Assembly: GCA_965198315.1 (NCBI GenBank)
Contig: OZ240616.1
Location: forward strand, 3,383,671-3,447,670
Direction: 5' to 3'
From: Candidatus Aldehydirespiratoraceae bacterium
Lineage (GTDB): Bacteria > Actinomycetota > Acidimicrobiia > Acidimicrobiales > Aldehydirespiratoraceae
DNA: 64,000 nt
The notes below the pieces were generated by a model. It was not told the origin of the DNA and did no database searches. It saw nothing but the letters and a program-made list of their open reading frames with translations. Both the position numbers and the translations under genes were made by a program. Position 1 is the stretch's first letter. Each line of letters opens with the position of its first letter. Below are positions 10,101-18,346 of the stretch, piece after piece.

Positions 10101-11546
10101 CGTCCCGCTGAACCCTCGATCTCCTCCGGTGAGTTGTTTTCCAACAGCCCCTTCCACCTTGATGGTGTATGGGCTGCGGATGGGTATGAGGAGTTCCGAA
10201 AAGCTCTACTACCGAGACAGACGGAGGCCGTCGACGCGGTCATGTCCAGCGGCGGGTTCAAAGCGCTGTTCGAATTCGCTGCTGCGGTTGACAATCCGCG
10301 TCAAGTTGGCAGAGCCCTTGCGCGCTGTCGGCCGGGTCTTGATGAGCAAGTACTTCCGGCCATGGATTCCGCTCGCGAGGCAGTCACACAGGTATCGCTG
10401 GGCTATTTCGGCCAACGTTTTGCCTCGCTGGAGTGGCAGGGTTTGGAGCAACTGCTCAGAGAGAACGATCTGTCACCTCAAGTCACTGCGGATGTGCTGC
10501 GCGCACCTCCCCCAGTGGCGCGTGCTTGGACGCGGGTAGAAGCTCACGGTGCCGAAGTCGCAGCCGAGTACTGGAGCCGTGTGAGCTACTACGACCTCGG
10601 AATCCCGGACGGATTAGACCAGTTGCTCGAGGTGTATCGCCGGCTACTTGCAGTAGACCGCCACGAACTGGCTCGGTGGTTGCTCACGCTGCGTGCGAAG
10701 GAATACGCGTCCCATCCTGAGTTCGCCGAGGAGGCCGCTGCCCTTCTCGAACACTGGCTTGAACACCCGGGTGGCGAGATCAAGCAGAACGCCATGACCA
10801 GTTGGCGATTGGCCTCGCTCTTCAGGACTCTCGACAACCACCGAGACCATCTGGGTACGGCGCGTGTCGCTGCCCTCGAATGGCAATACCTCCCGCTCCT
10901 TCAAAACGATCCCGAGTTCAGTTCGCCGAATCTGTACCGGGAGATGCTGCATGACCTCGACCTGTTCGTGCATTTCGTGGAAATCGCCTTCATGCCTGCC
11001 AACGCTGCAATGGACGAACGACCCCCGCTGACGACAGCACAACAACAAATGGCACTCAGTGCCTGGGGCGTGCTGCGCGATTGGCCAGCCTCACAGTTCA
11101 CGCCGGGGTTCGACAATGAAGACAAACTCGATGAGGTCTCGCTCAACGAGTGGGTCGACCGCACTCGCGAGAGGCTTGCAGCAGTCGACCGGGCGGACAT
11201 CGGTGATCAGATGATCGGGGCCGCACTCGCCTCTTCTCCGGCAGACTCAAACGGGGATTGGCCCGGTGAGGCCGTTCGCAATCTGCTGGAACGACTGCAG
11301 AGTGACGATGTAGAGCAAGGTCTCTATACCGCCATCCTCAACCAGCGTGGTATCACGACCCGCTCCCCAACTGACGGCGGCAACCAGGAGCGCGAACTCG
11401 CAGACAACTACAAAGAGCAGAGCTGTCGCTACCAGCAGTGGCCCCGTACAGCGGCCCTCTTCAGCCAGCTTGCAAAAAGCTACGAGCACGAGGGCGGCGT
11501 TCTCGACCGTCAGGCCGAGATCTCCCGCCGCGGCTTACCGAGATAA
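7116..11546 (+). CDS. Hypothetical giant protein (1476 aa), no recognisable NTPase motif, largely alpha-helical
   Basis: Uninterrupted 4.4-kb ORF. ATG 7116 follows GGGGAG and overlaps the upstream stop; the track start TTG 7104 is 4 codons earlier. No Walker A, TM segment or signal peptide was seen. Confidence 0.85.
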   Translation: MTAATAPRQPAEPEPTIVDSALERIAEATDFFEFEQAWINGLRQLSASDGSDCRAMLLAEAGRRLSVFDDIKYDIARRRWLDQVVAEVRMRGDSSLERGLAVVATNELREAFANARPAITDLRAAVNSGESLHEFTIRCPLAANQVRDLGRIAEGLSGSDLLALCSAEDCELARSLVRAMKPPIHLVPTVPESLRITRDDLLQWAKTSGAATAFPRLIRSLIAETEPSAESVHMPAGTGVASPGFDGGVRCARGNRFVPAGTSVWELTTQQRGTHGKAVEDYTKRVKNSTSDQRSETAYVSAACAPWTKAQAFESQYSDDGDFSRVSALNVDNLEDWLSCAIATTVWMCEQIGRPTDGIRLLAGWWENWLTATTTPLDERFVLAGRDKAATDLRDRCKQNPGVVTIGGQVHRDEMVAFVAAALLPEEAEGMGVGDVLFVDDHKSAQRLFAQEVLSMPSDQQSAGPVLTMVVPSADYAHHLPAGSPHRIIVPVPGGPQTEIVLDSVDSTVVSKHFETTGMEHHEAYRLGGLARTSLMALRRHLTAQAALHMPEWAKRTPDRTIRRSLLLGGWNAARRGDREIVSRFTCQSHEDVAEELRKLDPGDSPMTSTGELWHAVSPADTWMLLRAHLSPSDLQEFAEIAVEVLTASDPLREMSHEEALRAQVEGIKAKFSSQLKHGIATTLALAGTDPPTHHGETTPDSNFAEGTTRQVLDSAMDDTTPSTWIAVTDALPILAEAAPDAVLKSLRTCVAEQHAFTEAMFTDHDDNLFGFSASSPHLRILNALEVIAWSPDHLLAAVDVLARLASIDPGGQYSNRPDETLASILCPWMPYTSADIEVRLKAVRMLRQAHPNVAWPLMLSILPRNHNVQTPGALPQYRDWRPSQRDVTLSERVAPDERTQATTEIAAMLIDDVGGDPERWTDLIGRVGDLPVEARRSAVSVLGDLAAAGADEAFRSRVWPVLKVFVARHRQFRDVKWALPSADLLVFEQIMDDLRPAEPSISSGELFSNSPFHLDGVWAADGYEEFRKALLPRQTEAVDAVMSSGGFKALFEFAAAVDNPRQVGRALARCRPGLDEQVLPAMDSAREAVTQVSLGYFGQRFASLEWQGLEQLLRENDLSPQVTADVLRAPPPVARAWTRVEAHGAEVAAEYWSRVSYYDLGIPDGLDQLLEVYRRLLAVDRHELARWLLTLRAKEYASHPEFAEEAAALLEHWLEHPGGEIKQNAMTSWRLASLFRTLDNHRDHLGTARVAALEWQYLPLLQNDPEFSSPNLYREMLHDLDLFVHFVEIAFMPANAAMDERPPLTTAQQQMALSAWGVLRDWPASQFTPGFDNEDKLDEVSLNEWVDRTRERLAAVDRADIGDQMIGAALASSPADSNGDWPGEAVRNLLERLQSDDVEQGLYTAILNQRGITTRSPTDGGNQERELADNYKEQSCRYQQWPRTAALFSQLAKSYEHEGGVLDRQAEISRRGLPR

Positions 11547-11656
11547 GAAGACTGACCCGATTCCTTCCGGAACTGCACACGGCTACTGCGCGAAACGTCT
11601 GTCTTCTGTCTGCAGAATAGTGGCGTCATACCAGCCGCGACTACCGAGACTGCTGG

Positions 11657-13249
11657 TCAACTAGCACCGCTGCGATCCACCACAATGTTGTAGCGCTCGC
11701 GAACTGCAGCATCAGCAACAGGGTCAACGTGAGCCGGAAAATGGGAAGACAAAACCTCTTTGGCGTATTCGTGAGCCACTCGCAGCGCGTCCTTACCGCC
11801 AGCATCCACCCAGTCATCGGGCGTGTCACGATCCCCAATGAGCGGATAGATGTACTCCTTCTGCATCAACTCGAGCGTCTGAGGCGAGCCGAGGAAATGA
11901 CCCGGCCCGTTCACGACTTCTGTAATGAGGTTGGCAGACAACGTCTCTTCGTTGACCTCGATACCGCGAACGGTGCGGTTGATCGATCCCAGCATGTCGT
12001 TGTCGATCACCAGAGCTTCCAGTGAGCAACTCAGCAGACTCCCGAGCATCCCCGCGCTCTCATACACGAGATTGGCCCCCGCCTGGCCGGCCAGCACGAC
12101 GTTGATCCCCTTCTCGTAACCGGCCTGGTTGTCCGGGACTTTCGAGTCGGTCATACCCGCCGCCACACCCGATGGCAGCCCCAACCAGTTCACAACCTGC
12201 GCGGCGGCCGCGTTGAGCACCCCCTCCTCACCGCTCCCTCCACTCATCGCCCCCGTACGGAGGTCCGAGACGAAGGGCCAAAGCCCCATCACGCAGGGAT
12301 GACCGGGGCTCATCAGGTTGACCGCGGTGAGCGCAGAGAGGCATTCGGCGAGTGCCTGGGCCAGCGAACCGGCCAGCGCGGCCGGCGAGGTCGCCCCCGC
12401 CTGACCCGCCGACAACAGGTTGATCGGCATGCCCGACTCCACCTGGGCAACCATGCAGTTCGTCGATTCCTCAGCGAAACGCAGCGGCGGAACGACAAAA
12501 GTGTTGTTGGCGGCCACAAACGGTCGCTTCCGAAATGATCCCTCTCCGCCCGCCATCATGTCGTACATCTCGACCGTCTCATAGACATGGGCCCGCTCGA
12601 ACCACGATGTGCCGACAGGTTTACCGGTGCCGACTGTGGCGCCATAGGCAGTGTTGAGATCCAGTTCACGCGAGTCCTCGCGGTCCCGTGCCACCACGGT
12701 GCGGACAAAGAAATGGATGTTGTCGAGATAGTCGACCAGGCGGGCGCAGTTGTAGACGTCTTGAGCGGTGCTGTGCCGGAAGGTGTTGGTCTGGTAGTCG
12801 TACATCAGCACCGCAGCGCCGGCGGTTCCGAAATGGACACGGTCGCCACCGACCTCGATCGAGCGGTCGTCGTCGAAGCCGTGCCAGGTCCATTCCTTGG
12901 CCGCGGTGGCGATGGCGTTCTCTATGAGTGCTCTGGGGTACAGCAGCCGACCCGAATCGTCAAGGGTGCCGCCCGCGTCGACGACTACTTCCACGAACTC
13001 CGGAACTGGAGACCCCATCCCCACATGTTCCAGAAGGCCCAGCGCCGTGTCGTAGACCTGCTGCATATCCGAGTCGGCCAAGGGCTTGAATTTCCCGCCT
13101 GGGAGTCCGGGCCGAACCGGGCGTGCGTCTTCTTGCAGGGGCGCAGCGCGTTCGGCAATGCGCCCGGCACGTCCACCTGACCTACGGCGACGAGGCTCGT
13201 CGCTCACTGTGGGTTCACAGTCCCTCCCGTGCGGTTGCCCGACCGACAA
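11657..13249 (-). CDS. Trimethylamine methyltransferase (MttB) superfamily protein, non-pyrrolysine type (quaternary amine, e.g. glycine betaine, methyltransferase candidate)
   Basis: 530 aa. The N-terminus ...RRRRSGGRAGRIAERAAPL...PGLPGGKFKPLADSDMQQVYDTALGLLEHVGM is typical of the MttB family. There is no in-frame amber codon. Confidence 0.8.
   Translation of the reverse strand: MSVGQPHGRDCEPTVSDEPRRRRSGGRAGRIAERAAPLQEDARPVRPGLPGGKFKPLADSDMQQVYDTALGLLEHVGMGSPVPEFVEVVVDAGGTLDDSGRLLYPRALIENAIATAAKEWTWHGFDDDRSIEVGGDRVHFGTAGAAVLMYDYQTNTFRHSTAQDVYNCARLVDYLDNIHFFVRTVVARDREDSRELDLNTAYGATVGTGKPVGTSWFERAHVYETVEMYDMMAGGEGSFRKRPFVAANNTFVVPPLRFAEESTNCMVAQVESGMPINLLSAGQAGATSPAALAGSLAQALAECLSALTAVNLMSPGHPCVMGLWPFVSDLRTGAMSGGSGEEGVLNAAAAQVVNWLGLPSGVAAGMTDSKVPDNQAGYEKGINVVLAGQAGANLVYESAGMLGSLLSCSLEALVIDNDMLGSINRTVRGIEVNEETLSANLITEVVNGPGHFLGSPQTLELMQKEYIYPLIGDRDTPDDWVDAGGKDALRVAHEYAKEVLSSHFPAHVDPVADAAVRERYNIVVDRSGAS
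11667..11704. repeat. 38-bp direct repeat, right copy (inside the 3' end of mttB)
   Basis: ccgctgcgatccaccacaatgttgtagcgctcgcgaac; see 6497-6534. Confidence 0.9.
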
Positions 13250-13287
13250 AACAGTGCGGCTGCGAAACTGTAACGCATCGTAAGCAG

Positions 13288-15711
13288 CTAGGCGCGAAGC
13301 ACCGAGTTAGTCGGGTCATAGGCAGGCTCTGACAGCACGGTCGCGGTTCTCATCTCACCGAGAAGTTCCAACTCGAAGGTCGAACCAGGTGCCTCGAACC
13401 CAGGAGCGACATACACAAAGGCGAGACTCTTGCCGACCGTGTGACCCCAGGTGCCGCTGGTGGCGATGCCCATGACTTTGCCGTCTTGGTCGAATGCGCC
13501 TTCGTTGCCGCGCACATCGTTGTCGGTGGCGTCGACTTCGCAATAGACGAGCACCATCGACAGCGGTTCAGCCTGCTCGGCGCGCGCAACCGTGGCGTCC
13601 TTGCCGATGAAATCGCCGGTGAAGTCGACGAAACGTTCGAGGCGGGCTTCGATCGGGGTGATCTCGGTGGTGAGTTCGCTGCCCCAGGCCTTGTACCCCT
13701 TCTCGATGCGCATGACGTTCATGGCATATGCACCGAAGTGGATCATTCCGTGGGGTTCTCCGGCAGCCACGAGCGCACCGTAGAGTTCGGCCATCTCAGC
13801 GATCGGACAATGCAGTTCCCAACCAAGTTCGCCCACATAAGACACCCGCAATGCCTTACAGGCAACTCCTGCCACTTCGATCTCTTGAGCCGTCAACCAG
13901 CGAAATGACTCGTTGCTGAGGTCGGCTCCGGTGAGAGGTGCAAGCACCTCTCGGGCGCGTGGTCCAGTAACGGCCAACAGGCCATAAGAATCGGTCATAT
14001 CGGTGACGGTCACATCCTCTCCCGTATCGATGTGCTGGTTCAACCAGTCCAGGTCGTGGGTGGTGCCGATGACCGCGGAGTTGAGATAGAAGCGATCAGC
14101 AGCAAAGCGGGTGATCGTCATTTCACATTCGATACCGCCCAGTGAGGTGAGCATGTGTACCAGCCGCATACCGCCGTCTCGGACTGGGATCTTGTTGGCG
14201 GAGACTCGATCAAGCAGCGCCGCGGCATCAACTCCTGTGACCTCGAACTTGGCAAAAGCGGTGAGATCAGCGATGCCGACCCGTTGGCGAGTTCCGTTGA
14301 CTTCACGAGCGACGAAGTCGAAGGCGTTGGAGCGCCGGAACGAGTGCCGTTCTGGATCGCCGAAGTACTGCGGACGCTCCCAGCCGTACACCTCCTGCCA
14401 CTGAGCTCCCAACGCGTCGAGACGGCTATAGATCGGGTTGACCTTCTGGCCTCGCGCCACCGGCCGCTGCTCCCCGGGGAGACGGACCTGATACATCTCG
14501 TGGTATTCGTCGATCGCTTTTTCGATGGCGAACACCGATTTGGGGCCGGTGTGGTCTCCGAAGCGGCGCGGGTCCATGGCCCGCACATTGATTTCAGTCT
14601 GACCATGCACGATCCATTGGGCGAGATACTTGCCCGCTCCAGGACCCTGGGTGATTCCGATTGAGGCACCGTTGCAATGCCAGTAGTTGCAAAAACCAGG
14701 GGCTGGTCCCATGAGATAGCCGGAGTCCGGAGTGTGGGTGATCGGACCCGACACGATCTTCTTGATCCCCGCTTCAGACCAAGAAGGGATACGCAGCATC
14801 GCCAGTTCGAGGCACTCGGCGATGTTGTCGATGTCTGGCGGTGTGAGATAGAAGTCAAGCCCCCAGTCGATCCCGTCAACACCATAGATTTGAGCGTTGG
14901 CCATCTCGTAGGGTCCGATCAGCAACCCGTCGATCTCGCGACGGTAGTAACAACTCGACCGGGGGTCGCGTGTCACCGGCGGTTCGAAGCCGAGATTGCG
15001 CATTGACTCGAGCGGTTCGGTGATGACGTATTGGTGGATGACCGAGACGATCGGCACGTCGAGGCCGATCATCGCGCCCAACTGAGGGGCGTAGTGGCCC
15101 GCGGCGTTGACCACGTGCTCGCAGGTGATGGTGCCTTTCTCGGTGACGACCTGCCAGCGTCCGTCGGCCAGCTGGGCCATGTCGACAACCCGGTTGTGGC
15201 GCTGGACCTCACACCCGAGTTGACGGGCCCCTTTGGCCATTGCGTTGGTGCAACCCGTGGGATCGGTCCACCCGTCGTGGGGAGTGTAGAAACCCGTTTT
15301 CACGTCGGAGACATCTTCGAGAAGCGGGTTGAGTTGTTGGACCTCTTTTGGCCCGACGATGTGGGACTCGACACCGATCTGGTTGAGCATGGCGTGCACG
15401 TAGCGGTGCCAGTCGACTTCATCATCAGTGCGCGCGATACGCACCGCCCCACATCCGTGCCAGCCCGCTGAAAGGCCGGTCTCCTCCTCGATGTCGGGGT
15501 AAAGGGCGATCGCGTCTTGATGCACTTTCGCCATGTTGAGATCACCGATGAAGTTGGGGATCAATCCCGCCGCGTGCCAAGTGGAACCCGAAGTCAGTTC
15601 ACCCTTTTCGACCAGGATCGTGTCGGTCCAGCCTTCGTGGGCGAGGTGGTAGAGCAGACCCACACCCATGGCCCCGCCTCCAATGATGACGCAGCGCACC
15701 TCTTGGTTCAT
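13288..15711 (-). CDS. FAD-dependent oxidoreductase with C-terminal GcvT-type folate-binding domain (dimethylglycine/sarcosine dehydrogenase-oxidase family)
   Basis: VRCVIIGGGAMGVGLLYHLA (GxGxxG) is followed by a GcvT-like C-terminal half (~800 aa in total). The start is corrected to ATG 15711 (RBS AAGGAGAG); the track start 15843 would overlap the upstream gene. Confidence 0.85.
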   Translation of the reverse strand: MNQEVRCVIIGGGAMGVGLLYHLAHEGWTDTILVEKGELTSGSTWHAAGLIPNFIGDLNMAKVHQDAIALYPDIEEETGLSAGWHGCGAVRIARTDDEVDWHRYVHAMLNQIGVESHIVGPKEVQQLNPLLEDVSDVKTGFYTPHDGWTDPTGCTNAMAKGARQLGCEVQRHNRVVDMAQLADGRWQVVTEKGTITCEHVVNAAGHYAPQLGAMIGLDVPIVSVIHQYVITEPLESMRNLGFEPPVTRDPRSSCYYRREIDGLLIGPYEMANAQIYGVDGIDWGLDFYLTPPDIDNIAECLELAMLRIPSWSEAGIKKIVSGPITHTPDSGYLMGPAPGFCNYWHCNGASIGITQGPGAGKYLAQWIVHGQTEINVRAMDPRRFGDHTGPKSVFAIEKAIDEYHEMYQVRLPGEQRPVARGQKVNPIYSRLDALGAQWQEVYGWERPQYFGDPERHSFRRSNAFDFVAREVNGTRQRVGIADLTAFAKFEVTGVDAAALLDRVSANKIPVRDGGMRLVHMLTSLGGIECEMTITRFAADRFYLNSAVIGTTHDLDWLNQHIDTGEDVTVTDMTDSYGLLAVTGPRAREVLAPLTGADLSNESFRWLTAQEIEVAGVACKALRVSYVGELGWELHCPIAEMAELYGALVAAGEPHGMIHFGAYAMNVMRIEKGYKAWGSELTTEITPIEARLERFVDFTGDFIGKDATVARAEQAEPLSMVLVYCEVDATDNDVRGNEGAFDQDGKVMGIATSGTWGHTVGKSLAFVYVAPGFEAPGSTFELELLGEMRTATVLSEPAYDPTNSVLRA

Positions 15712-15745
15712 TCTTTCTCTCCTTGGTTCACCGTCTCGAGCTCCC

Positions 15746-18217
15746 TTACTGCTTCGGGCGTTGGTTGTTCGGGTCGAACCAACTGCGGATGGAGGTACTG
15801 ACAGGCACTCGCCGTCCAGCGATGTTGGTTTCCCACGAACCACTGTCGAGCCAGTCTTTGGTCACCGCTTCGTGATTCTCGACGTAACCCATGGCGCAGC
15901 AGCGGTTCTGGGTGGCGCTCCACATCGACGACGATATTCGACCAACGACAACCTCGTCGCGATACAGCGGCTCGTCGTGGTAGGTCAGCAGATCGGGGTC
16001 TTCGATGCGCAACTGTACGAGTCTTTTCGTGCGGGGCTGTTCGCGCTGTTCCTTCAAAGCGCGCCGCCCGTTGAAATCGACGGGCTTGTCCCAGCAAATC
16101 GTAAAACCAAGTCCTGCTTCCAGGGGGGTGTCCTCGTCGGTGATGTCATGGCCCCAGTGCCGCATACCGGCCTCCAAGCGAAGCGAATTCATGGCGTGGT
16201 AGCCGGCGTGCACCAGCCCGTGGAGCCTGCCCTCTTCGATCAGCGCGTCGTAGACACCGACCGCGTCGGCATTGGGTATGTACAGCTCCCAGCCCAAGTC
16301 ACCGACGTAGCTCATCCGCAAAGCAAACACGTCAACCCCAGCGAGGTTGATGCTGCGACCAGTGCCGAACTCGAAACCAGCGTTTGAAAGGTCCGCATCG
16401 GTCACCGCTGACAACACGGCCCGACTGTTGGGTCCCATCAGGCCGATCATCGCCTGATCATGGGTGATGTTGGTGAGCGTCACCTGCTTGTCTCGACAGG
16501 CTCGCCGCAGCCAAGCCCAATCTCGGCCCTCCGATGCTGCGGCTGTAACCACAAAGAAACGGTCATCGCTCATGCGGTTGACGGTCAGGTCAGCTTCGAT
16601 TCCGCCTGCTTGGTTGCACCACTGTGTGTAGACCGCTTTGCCGATCGGCGCATCGATATCGGCGACACTGACAGTGTTGAGCACAGCCAGCGCATCAGGT
16701 CCGGCAACTGTGAATTTGGCGAACGACGTCTGGTCGAAAAGGCCGACGGTTTCCCTGACTCCGAGGCATTCCTGCACCATGTTGTCGTGCCAGTTCTGCT
16801 TGCCGTAGGAGTACTCGTATTCAGCGGTTTGACCCGCACGTGCGTACCAGTTGGGTCGCTCCCAGCCAGCAGTCTCGCCGAACACCGCTCCAGCGGCAGC
16901 AATCCGATCATGCAACGGCGACAGCCGCTGACCCCGGGCGCTCTCGTACTGCCTGAACGGCCAGTGCATGGCGTAGAGCAAGCCAAGGCTTTCCGAAATC
17001 CTGTCTTGGAGATAGTCGGTGTCTGCCTGGAAAGGCAGTGCCCGGCGGATATCGACGGAGTTGAGGTCCATCGGGGGGCGTCGGTCCGCTATCCAGTCGG
17101 CCAACGCCCAACCAACACCACCCGCTGACTGGATCCCCACGGAATTGAAGCCTGCCGCCACGAAACACCCGTCGACTTCAGGCGCTTCACCCATGTAATA
17201 CACGCCGTCGGGAGTGAAGGACTCAGGTCCGTTGAAGAACAGTTGGAGTCCACATTCGCCCAACGCGGGCACGCGATGAATGGCGCGTTCAAAGATCGGC
17301 CCGAGGTGTTCCCAGTCCTCGTCAAGAGTGCCGAAGGAGAAGTCGCGAGGGATCCGATCAGTGCGCCACACCTTGCCGCGGGGTTCGAAGAATCCGGCCA
17401 TGAGCTTGCCAGTTTCTTCTTTGAAATACGTGTAGTTGCCCGGATCGCGCAGGGTCGGCCTACCGATCTCCATGCCCTCGAGTGGTTCGGTGACGATGTA
17501 GAAGTGCTCGCATGCCTGAAGCGGGACGTTGACCCCGATCTGGGCGGCGAGGTGGCGGGTCCACATACCGGTGGCGAGCACAACAGTGTCGGTTTCGATC
17601 TCACCCTGCTCGGTGACCACCCCGGAGATCCTGCCGTTGGCCGCCTTCAACTCCGTAACCGAGACGCCTTCGATGATCTTGGCCCCACGGGCTTTGGCCC
17701 CTTTCGCCAGAGCCATGGTGGTGTCCACCGGTGAGGTTTGTCCGTCGCGGGGGATGTACAGCGCTCCGACGAGGTCGTCGGTACGGATCAGCGGCCACAG
17801 TTCGCTTGCTTCGTCGAGGTCGATCACCTGAGTCTCGACACCGACACCCTCCGCCATCGTCGCACCGCGCAGGATCTCCTCCCAGCGTTGTTCGTTGTCG
17901 GCGACCGATATTGATCCCGGGGTTCGATAGCCGGTTGCCTGACCGGTTTCATCTTCGAGTTCTTCAAACAGGCGCGCCGAGTAGGTCGCCAGCCTGGTCA
18001 ACGAATGCGTCGACTTGAGTTGCGACACCAATCCCGCAGCGTGCCAGGTGGTCCCGCAGGTGAGAGTGCCCTGTTCCAACAGCACCACATCGCTGATGTC
18101 ACGGCGAGTCAGATGGTAGGCAATGGAGCACCCGACGATGCCCCCGCCGATCACAACGACTTCAGCTCGGTCCGGGAGCGCCGGACCCGAACGCAGCGAA
18201 CGAGCCATGAGCCCCAA
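15746..18217 (-). CDS. FAD-dependent oxidoreductase with GcvT-type folate-binding domain (second dimethylglycine/sarcosine dehydrogenase-family paralog)
   Basis: 823 aa. VVVIGGGIVGCSIAYHL, the same two-domain layout as 13288-15711. Confidence 0.85.
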   Translation of the reverse strand: MGLMARSLRSGPALPDRAEVVVIGGGIVGCSIAYHLTRRDISDVVLLEQGTLTCGTTWHAAGLVSQLKSTHSLTRLATYSARLFEELEDETGQATGYRTPGSISVADNEQRWEEILRGATMAEGVGVETQVIDLDEASELWPLIRTDDLVGALYIPRDGQTSPVDTTMALAKGAKARGAKIIEGVSVTELKAANGRISGVVTEQGEIETDTVVLATGMWTRHLAAQIGVNVPLQACEHFYIVTEPLEGMEIGRPTLRDPGNYTYFKEETGKLMAGFFEPRGKVWRTDRIPRDFSFGTLDEDWEHLGPIFERAIHRVPALGECGLQLFFNGPESFTPDGVYYMGEAPEVDGCFVAAGFNSVGIQSAGGVGWALADWIADRRPPMDLNSVDIRRALPFQADTDYLQDRISESLGLLYAMHWPFRQYESARGQRLSPLHDRIAAAGAVFGETAGWERPNWYARAGQTAEYEYSYGKQNWHDNMVQECLGVRETVGLFDQTSFAKFTVAGPDALAVLNTVSVADIDAPIGKAVYTQWCNQAGGIEADLTVNRMSDDRFFVVTAAASEGRDWAWLRRACRDKQVTLTNITHDQAMIGLMGPNSRAVLSAVTDADLSNAGFEFGTGRSINLAGVDVFALRMSYVGDLGWELYIPNADAVGVYDALIEEGRLHGLVHAGYHAMNSLRLEAGMRHWGHDITDEDTPLEAGLGFTICWDKPVDFNGRRALKEQREQPRTKRLVQLRIEDPDLLTYHDEPLYRDEVVVGRISSSMWSATQNRCCAMGYVENHEAVTKDWLDSGSWETNIAGRRVPVSTSIRSWFDPNNQRPKQ

Positions 18218-18346
18218 ACACTAGCGAATACAGACCGCGCAAGTGTGTCGATCTGGCCGGGTATTTTTCGAGTTTTTGTCGAAGTGGGCAGGCGTGGCGA
18301 TCGTCGGGTTTCGGGCCACCACAACGAGTGCCGTATTGTCGGGTTG

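Larger units (their letters stand above)
6535..11666 (+). mobile_element. Putative inserted two-gene cassette (no recombinase gene visible)
   Basis: Bounded by the 38-bp direct repeats, with an AT-rich leader at about 6620-6702. It interrupts the mttB / fdx-fdr adjacency. No integrase, transposase or terminal inverted repeats were found. Confidence 0.45.
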
